Part shown: piece by piece, positions 19,509 to 29,374 of the stretch
Numbering within the stretch: position 1 is the first letter of the stretch
Layout of the letters: each line of letters begins with the position of its first letter
Origin: Escherichia phage KIT06
Length of the DNA: 64,000 bases
Direction: 5' to 3' (one strand)
Sequence record: OQ349392.1
Program-made: the position numbers and the translations under genes
The notes under the pieces: model-generated
The model's input: only the letters and a program-made list of their open reading frames with translations
The model's database searches: none
What the model was told of the DNA's origin: nothing

Positions 19509-21281
19509 TTAATTAACTCCAGTCGCATCAAATACACCAGGAGCAGTTGTACTCGTAACAGGTGTCATATTATGAACGACAGTATTTTTCTTAACAACAT
19601 TATTAGTATTATTGATCGAAGGAGATGCTTGTTGAACAGGAGCTTGTTGTGCTTTGTTCTTTTCAATAACCTGGACCTGTTTAGCTTCTGGTGATTTAGC
19701 AGAAGTTTCAGGTTTGGCATTAGGCTGATTTTTCTTGAGCTCTTGATAAGTAGCATCAATTTTAGAAAATCTAGCAGCAAGTTCTTTTTTAACTGCCGGT
19801 GAATTATTTAAATCAGGGTCATCCATCCGTTTTTTAAGGTCTTCATAGGCAGCTTCAACTGATTTAACTGTTGAGTCTTTACTCATATCAGCCGAATCAG
19901 CATATTTTTCAAAGCGAATCATTGCGGCACGGGCTTCATTAGCCTTCATTAAAGCATTTTTTCTTTCTTCTGGTGAAAGTTGCTTTAATTTTTCTTCTTC
20001 TGCTGCACGTTCTTCGTCGGTAGTTAGTGCTTCTTTATTATCAACGCCACGAATCCAGTTAGATGCACGAGTTTTCCAATTAGCAATTTTATCTAATCCT
20101 TTTGCTATCGGACCAAGGTCTCCGTTCATTCGTTTATCTTGATAATTTGCAACTTTTTCCTGGTCTTCTTTATTGAGAGATGCTCCAGTAGAATTTTGGA
20201 AATTTTCTAGTGCTCTTCCTTCTACTTCATCAGCAGTATCCTTCATACCAGGAATGACTCGAAGAATTGCCGCAGATAATTTAGCCATACCTAATTGAAT
20301 AAGTTCACCTAAATTGTAAAGAACCTTTCCAAGCCCTTCTACAATAGCTACCGTCAAACCACCCCAATCTCCCTCTTCCCAGAATTTTTTAATTTCATCA
20401 ATAGAACTAAAGATGCTCTGTAATAAAGGACCCCATGTTCCGGTTTCGCTAGAGAATTTAGTAAAGTTTGAACTAAACAAATCCCAAGCCTGCGAAAATT
20501 TATCTGACCAATATTTAAAGTGAACCATCAGCAGATCTATTCCAACAACAACAGCCAATATCATTGCAGTCATTTTAGCGGCTTCAATAGCAGCACTGAC
20601 AGTATACTTAAATAACATGCTTGATATTTTATCAGTAATTGAAATGGATTTCTTAAATCCAAAATCAACAGTCTTTGTTAATTTATCTAAAGCTTGAGAT
20701 AATTTTAAGTTAAATGCGTCTTTTTTCTGTTTTTCTTCTGGCGATTCTTGTTTGGGCTCAACTGGCTGAGGGGTAGGGAAAAAATCAGCATCAGGATCAT
20801 TATTAACTGCTTCAGGAGCTGGTAATAAAGGACCAACAGATTCAGCTGTATCATCCTCAACAACTTTAACAGGAATAGCGCTTTCAACCGTGGCTAAACT
20901 AGTTCCTGTTTGTTGAATTCCGGCTGTCTGAATTTTTTGCTCTAGTAAACTCGTTAATTTATCTAATTTGCTCCCGAGTGATTCACCGATTTCTTTATTA
21001 ATATTATTGCCAATTTCGACAGTTTCAGCAATTAACTCAGAACCAGCAGTAGTATCACTCACTGCGTTTTCTACGCTGTCAATTGCTCCAATTATTTCAT
21101 TCGATTTTTCTTCGACAGTTTGAGCAATTAACTCAGAAGCAGCTTGAGCATCATCCAATTTCGTAGATATATCGTTAAGTCCAGATAAAGTGTTAGAAGC
21201 GGATTTAGCCGCTTCCTGTGTTGGTTTATTATCTGAAATAACTTTTCTACGCATCGTTTGCATTTCTTGTGGCTTTTTCAT
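19509..21281 (-). CDS. 29: Baseplate hub / tail length tape-measure protein gp29
   Basis: 590-aa ORF, synteny and length as T4 gp29. Confidence 0.9.
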   Translation of the reverse strand: MKKPQEMQTMRRKVISDNKPTQEAAKSASNTLSGLNDISTKLDDAQAASELIAQTVEEKSNEIIGAIDSVENAVSDTTAGSELIAETVEIGNNINKEIGESLGSKLDKLTSLLEQKIQTAGIQQTGTSLATVESAIPVKVVEDDTAESVGPLLPAPEAVNNDPDADFFPTPQPVEPKQESPEEKQKKDAFNLKLSQALDKLTKTVDFGFKKSISITDKISSMLFKYTVSAAIEAAKMTAMILAVVVGIDLLMVHFKYWSDKFSQAWDLFSSNFTKFSSETGTWGPLLQSIFSSIDEIKKFWEEGDWGGLTVAIVEGLGKVLYNLGELIQLGMAKLSAAILRVIPGMKDTADEVEGRALENFQNSTGASLNKEDQEKVANYQDKRMNGDLGPIAKGLDKIANWKTRASNWIRGVDNKEALTTDEERAAEEEKLKQLSPEERKNALMKANEARAAMIRFEKYADSADMSKDSTVKSVEAAYEDLKKRMDDPDLNNSPAVKKELAARFSKIDATYQELKKNQPNAKPETSAKSPEAKQVQVIEKNKAQQAPVQQASPSINNTNNVVKKNTVVHNMTPVTSTTAPGVFDATGVN

Positions 21282-21811
21282 TCAAATAATCCAATAATAT
21301 TGCCAATTCCGGTTATTGGACCATTAGGGCCAGGAATTGCTAAAGTTGTAAAAATATCATTTGCCCATTTTAAAACGAATGCTGGCATCTCAAGAAAATT
21401 AATTTCTTTAACTTCATCATTGACCTTAAGCAAGCATTTGGATAACATATCGCTCACCGTTAAAAATTGTTCAAATTTTCCAGGAGGTCTAAAATAAAAT
21501 GTATTTCCTTGGTATTGAAATTCTAATCTTTGGCACACATAAACATCATTAATGTCATAAGTATAACCATCTATTTCTTTACGAGATTTAATCTTTCCAT
21601 TAAATTCCAATAAATGAATAGAAACGAAATCAACTTCTGCCGGTGATAAATTCGGACAAATAGAATCAATAAGAAGTTTTAAATTTTCATCAGGACCTTT
21701 AACATCTTTTAAAATGTTATAGTGTTTAAGACCCATTTTAGGAATAGAAACTTCTTTATTGCTTATTGGAAGAACTACTTTCTTCAGTGGTAGTATCAGA
21801 TTTAAATTCAT
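21278..21811 (-). CDS. 28: Baseplate hub distal subunit gp28
   Basis: 177-aa ORF, synteny and length as T4 gp28. Confidence 0.85.
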   Translation of the reverse strand: MNLNLILPLKKVVLPISNKEVSIPKMGLKHYNILKDVKGPDENLKLLIDSICPNLSPAEVDFVSIHLLEFNGKIKSRKEIDGYTYDINDVYVCQRLEFQYQGNTFYFRPPGKFEQFLTVSDMLSKCLLKVNDEVKEINFLEMPAFVLKWANDIFTTLAIPGPNGPITGIGNIIGLFE

Positions 21812-22931
21812 TTTTAACCTTAACTGGGTCTATTGTTTCCAGTTTCGTTGCATTAGTGAACATATATAGATGAGTTACTGAATTATTATTGGATAATTCA
21901 TGGATGACTTCATCAACGTAAAATTCTGTTTTAAATTGGTTTTTACTATCATTAAAAATAATTTTAACGCCAGGTGTCAAGTTAAAATTACCGACAGTGG
22001 AACATTTAGCATAGCCGTCATATTGCGCCATAGTTTGAAGACGAATAGCTTCTTCATATCCATTCCTATAAGTCATTTCAGAATAAGCACCTGACCTTGA
22101 CACTACAATAGAGTTTTCTCCCTTTCCTGTAGTAATCATTGGCAATGAAGAATCTAAAAATGAATGCGCGTAGATAGTAGCGTTTTTCATTGGGTCGCGT
22201 TTGTGAGGATTCGATTTAGTCAACCAAACGAAATCATATGCTAATGGATATTTTAATTCTTGGATGAATTGACCTATTAAAGATGGCTCACCGACAATCA
22301 TTGGATACGGTTCTTGATTTATCATCATATCATAGTCCATCATGTTAACTCCCATGATGTCTTGCCACACAAATACAAATTTGTCACTTCCTACAGCTAG
22401 AGCAACTTCTCTAACATACGACAAATAGTTTTCAAATGTGCTAGTCCATGGAATATCAGGAACATAAGCATTTATAGCATTTATTGCTGGAGTTAATAAC
22501 GTGCGATCTTGATAAATGACGCCAAGCATTTCCTTTATAGATTCACCTGCATCAGGGAAAAACGGTCTGCCAAATTTAAGATTTTCTATAGAATGAATAG
22601 TTCCCAATTCAATAGCAATGATGTTATCACCCTTTGAATCTACTGACACGGAAAAATGCTTACATCCATAAATTCGTGTTTTAACATTATTAATATCGTT
22701 TGCATTAGCTACAGAAATCTGAATTATTTCATTTCCATCCATTTTTGTATGGATATTTTTAGAATCATAAAACTGCAGCATTCCTTCATTTCGACCATAA
22801 AGAGAATCCCGCATAGTTAATGTGGTAATAGTAGCAGCTAATTCAACAAATCTATTATTACTCCAAGCGTCGTAGCTATCAAATAATTTAACGCTGAGAT
22901 TTGGATATCCTGGGCGTTGCAACATACTCAT
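21756..22931 (-). CDS. 27: Baseplate hub subunit gp27
   Basis: 391-aa [20 protein letters not shown]...; synteny and length as T4 gp27. Confidence 0.9.
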   Translation of the reverse strand: MSMLQRPGYPNLSVKLFDSYDAWSNNRFVELAATITTLTMRDSLYGRNEGMLQFYDSKNIHTKMDGNEIIQISVANANDINNVKTRIYGCKHFSVSVDSKGDNIIAIELGTIHSIENLKFGRPFFPDAGESIKEMLGVIYQDRTLLTPAINAINAYVPDIPWTSTFENYLSYVREVALAVGSDKFVFVWQDIMGVNMMDYDMMINQEPYPMIVGEPSLIGQFIQELKYPLAYDFVWLTKSNPHKRDPMKNATIYAHSFLDSSLPMITTGKGENSIVVSRSGAYSEMTYRNGYEEAIRLQTMAQYDGYAKCSTVGNFNLTPGVKIIFNDSKNQFKTEFYVDEVIHELSNNNSVTHLYMFTNATKLETIDPVKVKNEFKSDTTTEESSSSNKQ

Positions 22932-23680
22932 TATTGTTTATCCTTCTCAATCAGTTTTAATACGAATCCGCGCTCGGCAGGAATCATTTTCATTATTGAA
23001 TTTAAGCTATAATTACTTTTTACGAGTGTGTGATTAATTTGATAAAAAGTAAATATTTCATCTGGGTTAACTAATAGCTTAAATACATCTACTATATCAG
23101 TGTATTTTTTTACATACTTATTACAACACGACATATGCAATGTTAAATTAATAGGATTCATTGCATCGAGAATTTTTTCTAATGTTTCTATCTCGATTGC
23201 ATCAACAAGTTCTATTTGACTTGATTCGCTAATTTCCTTCCAATCATACCATGTTTCATCTACTTGAACAGAATGAATATTTTCAGTAATCATCTTTGCT
23301 TTATTTTCATAAAACTCAGAAGGAAACTTTAATTTAATTTTAACATTAGCTACATCAAAAACAGGTTCCTTTAATTCTTTTTGATATATTTCAAATGGAA
23401 CTGTCTTTTCTTTTTTACATTTTGGACATACAAATGTGACCGGTACTTTAGTTTTACCTATTGACCCTACAAATACCTGCAAAAATATAAATGGTTGCCA
23501 AGTCTTCGGATAGTCTCCAAAATAATCGGCAATTAAATCAGCAATTATTTCTTTTTGTTCTTGTGGTGACCGATGTTCTATATCGTTTCGAACTAACAAA
23601 AAATCTCGATAATCTTCTACCGTAAATGGTTTAAAACGATGAACACCATCTGGTAATTTACAACGAATAATGTTTGCCAT
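22931..23680 (-). CDS. 51: Baseplate hub assembly catalyst gp51
   Basis: 249-aa ORF with CxxC pairs; first gene after divergent late promoter. Confidence 0.85.
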   Translation of the reverse strand: MANIIRCKLPDGVHRFKPFTVEDYRDFLLVRNDIEHRSPQEQKEIIADLIADYFGDYPKTWQPFIFLQVFVGSIGKTKVPVTFVCPKCKKEKTVPFEIYQKELKEPVFDVANVKIKLKFPSEFYENKAKMITENIHSVQVDETWYDWKEISESSQIELVDAIEIETLEKILDAMNPINLTLHMSCCNKYVKKYTDIVDVFKLLVNPDEIFTFYQINHTLVKSNYSLNSIMKMIPAERGFVLKLIEKDKQ

Positions 23681-23697
23681 AGATGCTCCTTTTATTC

Positions 23698-23709
23698 TAT
23701 TTATAAATA
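23698..23709. promoter_or_regulatory. Overlapping divergent late promoters (TATAAATA on both strands) between gene 51 (-) and gene 26 (+)
   Basis: tctaTTTATAAATAtga: minus-strand TATAAATA at 23698-23705, plus-strand TATAAATA at 23702-23709. Confidence 0.6.
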
Positions 23710-23730
23710 TGATAAATAAAGGAGCTAAAT

Positions 23731-24357
23731 ATGTATGAATACAAATTTGATGTGAGAGTTGGTTCTAAAATAATCAACTGTCGCGCATTTACTCTTAAAG
23801 AATATCTAGAACTTATTACTGCTAAAAAGAACGGTTCAGTAGAAGAGATCGTTAAAAAGCTAATCAAAGAATGCACAAATGCAAAAGATTTAAACCGCCA
23901 AGAATCAGAACTACTATTGATTCATTTATGGGCACATTCTCTTGGAGAAGTTAATCACGAAAACTCCTGGAAGTGCACCTGCGGAACTGAAATACCAACC
24001 CATATAAATCTATTACATACACAAATAGATGCACCAGAAGACCTCTGGTATACACTGGGTGACATTAAAATTAAGTTCCATTACCCTAAAATTTTTGATG
24101 ATAAAAATATAGCCCACATGATAGTATCATGTATAGAAACGATTCATGCTAACGGTGAAAGCATTCCAATTGAAGACTTGAATGAAAAAGAGTTGGAAGA
24201 TTTATATTCTATCATCACAGAGTCAGATATTGTAGCTATAAAAGATATGCTTTTAAAGCCTACTGTTTATTTGGCTGTTCCAATTAAATGTCCAGAGTGT
24301 GGAAAATCTCACGCTCATGTAATAAGAGGACTCAAAGAATTCTTTGAGCTATTGTAA
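23731..24357 (+). CDS. 26: Baseplate hub subunit gp26
   Basis: 208-aa ORF; late promoter TATAAATA about 22 bp upstream; synteny. Confidence 0.85.
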   Translation: MYEYKFDVRVGSKIINCRAFTLKEYLELITAKKNGSVEEIVKKLIKECTNAKDLNRQESELLLIHLWAHSLGEVNHENSWKCTCGTEIPTHINLLHTQIDAPEDLWYTLGDIKIKFHYPKIFDDKNIAHMIVSCIETIHANGESIPIEDLNEKELEDLYSIITESDIVAIKDMLLKPTVYLAVPIKCPECGKSHAHVIRGLKEFFELL

Positions 24358-24755
24358 TGGCAAATATTAATAAGCTTTATTCTGACATTGACCCAGAAAT
24401 GAAAATGGATTGGGACAAAGACGTTTCCAGATCTCTTGGATTAAGGTCAATTAAAAATAGTCTTTTAGGAATTATTACAACCAGGAAAGGGTCAAGGCCA
24501 TTTGACCCGGAATTTGGATGTGATTTATCTGACCAGCTTTTTGAGAATATGACTCCTCTTACTGCTGATACTGTTGAGCGTAACATTGAAAGCGCAGTAA
24601 GAAACTACGAGCCACGTATTGATAAATTAGCAGTTAATGTAATACCAGTTTATGATGATTATACTCTGATAGTAGAAATACGCTTTTCAGTCATCGATAA
24701 CCCTGATGATATTGAGCAGATAAAACTACAACTGGCTTCCAGTAACAGAGTATAA
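24357..24755 (+). CDS. 25: Baseplate wedge subunit gp25 (lysozyme-fold, 132 aa)
   Basis: 132-aa ORF; synteny; ATGG/TAATG coupling to gene 26. Confidence 0.9.
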   Translation: MANINKLYSDIDPEMKMDWDKDVSRSLGLRSIKNSLLGIITTRKGSRPFDPEFGCDLSDQLFENMTPLTADTVERNIESAVRNYEPRIDKLAVNVIPVYDDYTLIVEIRFSVIDNPDDIEQIKLQLASSNRV

Positions 24756-24782
24756 TGCTTCACGTATAAACGTGGTATAATG
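24753..24782 (+). promoter_or_regulatory. uvsY middle promoter (MotA box taaTGCTTcA plus TATAAT -10); corresponds to the remembered T4 oriF(uvsY) replication-origin region
   Basis: TGCTT at 24756-24760 and TATAAT at 24776-24781, about 40 nt upstream of the uvsY ATG. Confidence 0.6.
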
Positions 24783-24821
24783 AATCTAAGTCCATCCAAT
24801 AACAATTGAATAGAGAACAAT

Positions 24822-25235
24822 ATGAAATTAGAAGATCTTCAAGAAGAATTGAAGAAAGATGTGTTTATAGATTCGACTAAATTACAGTATGAAGCAGCTA
24901 ATAATGTGATGTTATATAGTAAATGGCTTAATAAGCATTCAAGTATTAAAAAGGAAATGCTTAGAATTGAAGCACAGAAAAAAGTTGCTCTTAAAGCTAA
25001 ATTAGACTACTACTCGGGACGAGGAGATGGTGATGAATTTAGTATGGATCGTTATGAAAAATCAGAAATGAAGACAGTTCTATCAGCTGATAAGGATGTT
25101 TTAAAAGTTGATACTTCATTACAATATTGGGGAATTTTATTAGATTTCTGTAGCGGAGCTCTTGATGCTATTAAATCACGCGGATTTGCTATTAAGCATA
25201 TTCAAGACATGCGAGCATTTGAGGCTGGAAAATAA
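24822..25235 (+). CDS. uvsY: Recombination mediator UvsY, 137 aa
   Basis: 137-aa ORF downstream of classic MotA-box middle promoter; synteny with 25 and uvsW. Confidence 0.9.
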   Translation: MKLEDLQEELKKDVFIDSTKLQYEAANNVMLYSKWLNKHSSIKKEMLRIEAQKKVALKAKLDYYSGRGDGDEFSMDRYEKSEMKTVLSADKDVLKVDTSLQYWGILLDFCSGALDAIKSRGFAIKHIQDMRAFEAGK

Positions 25236-25459
25236 TGAGATATAGCATTGATGATGCTTTTAATTATGAAGAAGAATTTGAAACGGAAATTCAATTCTTA
25301 ATGAAAAAGTATAATCTCAAGCGTCAGGATATTCGTATCCTGGCCGACCACCCATGCGGTGAAGATGTCCTTTATATTAAAGGAAAATTTGCCGGATATC
25401 TTGATGAATATTTTTATTCTAAAGATATGGGCATTGATATGCATATGAGAGTTATATAA
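25235..25459 (+). CDS. Hypothetical protein (uvsY.-1 position), 74 aa
   Basis: ORF track; coupled to uvsY stop. Confidence 0.6.
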   Translation: MRYSIDDAFNYEEEFETEIQFLMKKYNLKRQDIRILADHPCGEDVLYIKGKFAGYLDEYFYSKDMGIDMHMRVI

Positions 25460-25462
25460 ATA
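25455..25462 (+). promoter_or_regulatory. TATAAATA late promoter upstream of the 55-aa Cys-rich ORF
   Basis: Exact motif overlapping the upstream stop codon, 26 nt before ATG 25488. Confidence 0.45.
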
Positions 25463-25487
25463 GATATATAATTTAGAGGAGACAATC

Positions 25488-25655
25488 ATGTCAGATAAGA
25501 TTTGTGTTGTCTGTAAAACTCCAATCGATTCTGCATTGGTTGTTGAAACAGACAAAGGTCCTGTGCATCCTGGGCCTTGTTATAATTACATTAAAGAACT
25601 ACCAGTTTCAGAAAGTTCGGAAGAACAATTAAATGAAACACAACTTTTGCTATAG
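25488..25655 (+). CDS. Small Cys-rich hypothetical protein (uvsY.-2 position), 55 aa
   Basis: ATG at 25488 after AGAGGA SD, open to TAG 25653-25655; contains CVVC...GPCYNY (possible zinc ribbon); followed by terminator hairpin. Below ORF-track size cutoff. Confidence 0.5.
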   Translation: MSDKICVVCKTPIDSALVVETDKGPVHPGPCYNYIKELPVSESSEEQLNETQLLL

Positions 25656-25678
25656 TGTGACCTTTAGTCTATAGTTTT

Positions 25679-25712
25679 GGCCCTTCCTTTTTGGTTGGGC
25701 CTTTTTTAATTT
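25679..25712 (+). terminator. Intrinsic terminator: GGCCC...GGGCC hairpin plus TTTTTTAATTT at end of uvsY operon
   Basis: 5-bp GC stem, 13-nt loop, 6-T run. Confidence 0.55.
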
Positions 25713-25941
25713 AAAAGCTTTCTTCTACTTCATCGTCTGAATCTTCTAATTCAGCTCTTTTTCCTGCCAAAGCATCTCTCACAGAGATGTCATCAGTATC
25801 TTTTAATTCAGTTTCTTTAACTCTTTTCTTGTAATAAGCTTCAAGTTCTTCTAGACCTTCTAATGTTTGACAAGAGGCAATTTTACCCATAAATTCATCA
25901 ATAGAAGCTTCATAAAGAAATTGTTTAAATTCTAGTAACAT
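25711..25941 (-). CDS. UvsW.1 small helicase-associated protein, about 76 aa
   Basis: ORF track 25711..25953 starts at TTG; ATG at 25941 with GGAG SD; sits immediately downstream of uvsW. Confidence 0.65.
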   Translation of the reverse strand: MLLEFKQFLYEASIDEFMGKIASCQTLEGLEELEAYYKKRVKETELKDTDDISVRDALAGKRAELEDSDDEVEESF

Positions 25942-25966
25942 CTTTTTCTCCAAAGGGCCGGAGCCC

Positions 25967-27478
25967 TTATAAATTAACTGTTTTCATTACGTAATTAAAT
26001 TTTTCATCTGCGTAGCGCTGAATACGATCAATGCCGTGTTTTAAAAGATAGTTCAAATGAACGTATTTCTTTTTCGTATTAGCAGATTTTGGTCTAACGC
26101 CCGCGTCATCTATAAGATCCCAGACCGTTGCGATTGTTTTAGAACCATGCTTACGTAATACGCGACCTATTGTTTGCAATACAATAATTTTAGATTTAAC
26201 ACCGTGTGCTAAAACAACGTGATGCAGATTTTTAACTGAAATACCGGTAGAAAATACACCATAACTAGCTACTATAATTATTCCTTTACCGTTTTCAGCT
26301 AAGGTTTTCATTACGTTGCGTGTTTCGGTATCAACTTCCCCTGATACGTAATAAACTTTATCGTATTCATTTTTAATTAAATCGAAAATAGCTTTACCGT
26401 GCGATACGTGTTTAAACATGACAAAAGCGTTTTCATCTTTTTGCGCAAGTTTAATAGCTAATTTAGCGATCCATTTATTTCTTTTACTGAGCCCAGTAAT
26501 AATTTTTATTTCTTCTTGGTAAGTTTTTCCCTTTAATTTAGTAGTGAACTCATCGGGATAGCGAAGAAAAATACTATTAATTTTTAACTCAGTTACTTGT
26601 CCATCTTCCATTAATTTAGAAGTCGTTACTGGCTTAAATATTTCACCAAACATTCCAACATACTGCATGATATTAGCTTTGCCATCACGTAATGAACCAG
26701 ACAAACCAAATTTAAACATACAGTTATTTAAACCTGATATGATAGATGAAATACTTTTTCCTGTAGCAAGATGGCATTCATCATTCATCATCATTCCAAA
26801 CTGTGAGAACCATTCTTTTGGTTGTTTTACTACAGTTTGCCATGTACCAACAACGACTGGTGCATCATTTTTATATTTATCATCTTTTGATGCTCCACCA
26901 CCGATTTTCTTTATCATTGCATGACTGAATAAACGATAGTCAACAAAGTCATCAGCCATCTGAGTTGTCAGAGCAGTTGTTGGAACAATGATAAGAATTT
27001 TACCTTCATAATTTTCCAAATAATAACGTGCAAGCAAAGCTTGAATTAAAGATTTACCTGCGGATGTTGGAAGATTAAGAATTCTACGACGATTAACTAA
27101 TCCTTCGAACACTGCATCTTTTTGATACCAGTGTGGTTCAATTCTTTTATTTCCTGAATAGATTTCTAATTTAGAAAGCCATTCATCAAAATCTTTTCTT
27201 GATAATTCTTCTTTTTCGTTAATCTGTGGGTCAATCCAAGCTTTATAGCCAAAGTTATCGCAGAACTTTTTAATTTGCCCGACTAAGCCGAATGGAAGAA
27301 GGCGATTATAATCTAAAAGACGGATTCGTCCATCCCAGTGGCCATATTTGTACTTCGGATTAAAACGATACCCATCAGCTTCAAAGCTAAAGAAATCACG
27401 GAGTTCATGAAATGTACTTTCTTCACAATCAATTCTCACGTGACTAAAATCATAAAAATGTACTTTAATGTCAGTCAT
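25967..27478 (-). CDS. uvsW: UvsW SF2 DNA/RNA helicase, 503 aa
   Basis: Walker A LPTSAGKSLI, DECH box (MMNDECHLATG); length and synteny as T4 UvsW. Confidence 0.9.
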   Translation of the reverse strand: MTDIKVHFYDFSHVRIDCEESTFHELRDFFSFEADGYRFNPKYKYGHWDGRIRLLDYNRLLPFGLVGQIKKFCDNFGYKAWIDPQINEKEELSRKDFDEWLSKLEIYSGNKRIEPHWYQKDAVFEGLVNRRRILNLPTSAGKSLIQALLARYYLENYEGKILIIVPTTALTTQMADDFVDYRLFSHAMIKKIGGGASKDDKYKNDAPVVVGTWQTVVKQPKEWFSQFGMMMNDECHLATGKSISSIISGLNNCMFKFGLSGSLRDGKANIMQYVGMFGEIFKPVTTSKLMEDGQVTELKINSIFLRYPDEFTTKLKGKTYQEEIKIITGLSKRNKWIAKLAIKLAQKDENAFVMFKHVSHGKAIFDLIKNEYDKVYYVSGEVDTETRNVMKTLAENGKGIIIVASYGVFSTGISVKNLHHVVLAHGVKSKIIVLQTIGRVLRKHGSKTIATVWDLIDDAGVRPKSANTKKKYVHLNYLLKHGIDRIQRYADEKFNYVMKTVNL

Positions 27479-27507
27479 GTCTAAATACCATGTAATAAAT
27501 ATATCTA

Positions 27508-27515
27508 TATTTATA
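27508..27515 (-). promoter_or_regulatory. Late promoter TATAAATA (minus strand) for uvsW
   Basis: Plus strand reads TATTTATA about 30 nt upstream of the uvsW start. Confidence 0.5.
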
Positions 27516-27528
27516 CTGAGGAAATATT

Positions 27529-28209
27529 ATGATAGATAAAGATTATATTGCAGAGCTGAAGGCTCTTGATGATAATAAAGAAGCTAAGGCTAAATTAGCT
27601 GAATATGCTGAACAGTTTGGTATAAAGGTCAAAAAGAATAAATCTTTTGATAATATCGTTAATGATATTGAAGAAGCCCTCCAGAAGCTCGCTAGTGAAC
27701 CTATGCCAGAGACTGATGGGTTATCTATTAAAGACTTAATCAATGCTGCTGATGCTGCAGAGGGATTAAAATATGACGATGAAGAAGTCAATCCAGAGGC
27801 AGCACTTCTGATTGATTCTCCGGTTAAATCTGATATTAAAATTGAAGTAGTCGAAACGGATAAAATTCCTGAAAATACCGATGTTTTGATTGAAGATACT
27901 CCTTTTGTTGAAGAAAAATTCGAACAGGCTGTAGCTGAGATTATTGAATCTGAAAAGCCGTCTGTATTTACTCTTCCGGAAAACTTTAGTCCGAATCTTC
28001 AGCTGATTGGAAAAAATCCAGGATTCTGCACTGTTCCTTGGTGGATTTACCAGTGGATTGCTGAAACTCCGGATTGGAAATCTCACCCAACTAGTTTTGA
28101 ACACGCGTCGGCACATCAAACTTTATTTAGCTTAATTTATTACATTAATCGCGACGGATCAGTTCTAATTCGTGAAACACGCAATTCTTCTTTCGTAACA
28201 TTAAAATAA
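27529..28209 (+). CDS. inh: Inh-like protein (inhibitor of prohead protease), 226 aa
   Basis: 226-aa acidic ORF directly upstream of hoc, as in T4; identity by synteny and length. Confidence 0.75.
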   Translation: MIDKDYIAELKALDDNKEAKAKLAEYAEQFGIKVKKNKSFDNIVNDIEEALQKLASEPMPETDGLSIKDLINAADAAEGLKYDDEEVNPEAALLIDSPVKSDIKIEVVETDKIPENTDVLIEDTPFVEEKFEQAVAEIIESEKPSVFTLPENFSPNLQLIGKNPGFCTVPWWIYQWIAETPDWKSHPTSFEHASAHQTLFSLIYYINRDGSVLIRETRNSSFVTLK

Positions 28210-28218
28210 GGATAACTT

Positions 28219-29070
28219 ATGGCTTTTACAGTTGATATAACTCCTAAAACACCTACTGGAGTTATAGATCAGACTCAGCAGTTTACTGCTACACCCAGTG
28301 GTGAAACTGGAGGTGGAACTATTACCTATGCTTGGACTGTAGACGATGTTCCACAGGATGGAGCTGAAGCAACTTTTAGTTATGTACTAAAAGGACCTGC
28401 CGGTCAAAAGACTATTAAAGTAGTTGCAACAAACACAGTTCCAGATACTGATGCTGAAACAGCAGAAGCTACTACAACTATCACGGTTCAAAATAAGACA
28501 CAGACAACTACCTTAGCTGTAACTCCTGATAGTCCTGCTGCTGGAGTGATTGGAACTCCTGTTGAATTTACTGCTGCTTTAGCTTCTCAACCATCAGGCG
28601 CATCTGCTACGTATCAATGGTATGTAGATGATTCACAAGTTGGTGGAGAAACTAACTCTACATTTAATTACACTCCTTCCACAAGCGGAGTTAAAACAAT
28701 TAAGTGTGTGGCTCAAGTAACCGCGACAGATTATGATGCAAAGGAAGTTACTTCGAATGAAGTATCACTGACTGTGACTGATAAAGTTGCTCCAGAACCA
28801 GAAGGTGAACTACCTTATGTTCATCCTCTTCCACATCGTACTTCAGCTTATATCTGGTGCGGTTGGTGGGTTATGGATGAAATCCAAAAAATGACTGAAG
28901 AAGGTAAAGATTGGAAAACTGAAGATCCAGATAGTAAATACTACCTGCATCGTTACACTCTTCAGAAGATGTTGAAAGACTATCCAGAAGTTGATGTTCA
29001 AGAATCACGTAATGGATACATCATTCATAAAACTGCTTTAGAAACTGGTATCATCTATACCTATCCATAA
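28219..29070 (+). CDS. hoc: Hoc outer capsid decoration protein, short form (two Ig-like repeats plus capsid-binding domain), 283 aa
   Basis: Two tandem Ig-like repeats (TPKTPTGVIDQTQQFTATPSG... and TQTTTLAVTPDSPAAGVIGTPVEFTAALAS...) followed by VAPEPEGELPYVHPLPHR...GIIYTYP capsid-binding tail as remembered for T4 Hoc. Confidence 0.85.
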   Translation: MAFTVDITPKTPTGVIDQTQQFTATPSGETGGGTITYAWTVDDVPQDGAEATFSYVLKGPAGQKTIKVVATNTVPDTDAETAEATTTITVQNKTQTTTLAVTPDSPAAGVIGTPVEFTAALASQPSGASATYQWYVDDSQVGGETNSTFNYTPSTSGVKTIKCVAQVTATDYDAKEVTSNEVSLTVTDKVAPEPEGELPYVHPLPHRTSAYIWCGWWVMDEIQKMTEEGKDWKTEDPDSKYYLHRYTLQKMLKDYPEVDVQESRNGYIIHKTALETGIIYTYP

Positions 29071-29074
29071 TCTA

Positions 29075-29100
29075 AGGGGCTTCGGCCCCTTTCTTCATTT
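29075..29100 (+). terminator. Terminator hairpin AGGGGC-TTCG-GCCCCT plus T-rich tail after hoc
   Basis: 6-bp GC stem, UUCG loop, followed by TTCTTCATTTT. Confidence 0.6.
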
Positions 29101-29158
29101 TGAAAGCACACAAAACACAATCAGAAAACGATGTATATAATGGCACCAACTCGATAAC

Positions 29159-29374
29159 ATGAGATTGATTATGAGAACTGAGGTTGTGGTGTTTACACTC
29201 CATGAGTCTGGAAAGTCATTCATTGAAATTGCTCGTGAATTGAACTTACAGGCAAAAGAAGTGGCTGTATTATGGGCTCGAGCTATGACTGCTAAGAATA
29301 AATTTGAGACTCGAGAAAAAGTTGTCTATAGAAAAAGACATATTAATAAAAAGGTGAAAAATGGAACAGTATGA
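29159..29374 (+). CDS. Hypothetical small protein with helix-turn-helix-like segment, 71 aa
   Basis: ORF track; segment GKSFIEIARELNLQAKEVAVLW resembles an HTH. Confidence 0.55.
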   Translation: MRLIMRTEVVVFTLHESGKSFIEIARELNLQAKEVAVLWARAMTAKNKFETREKVVYRKRHINKKVKNGTV

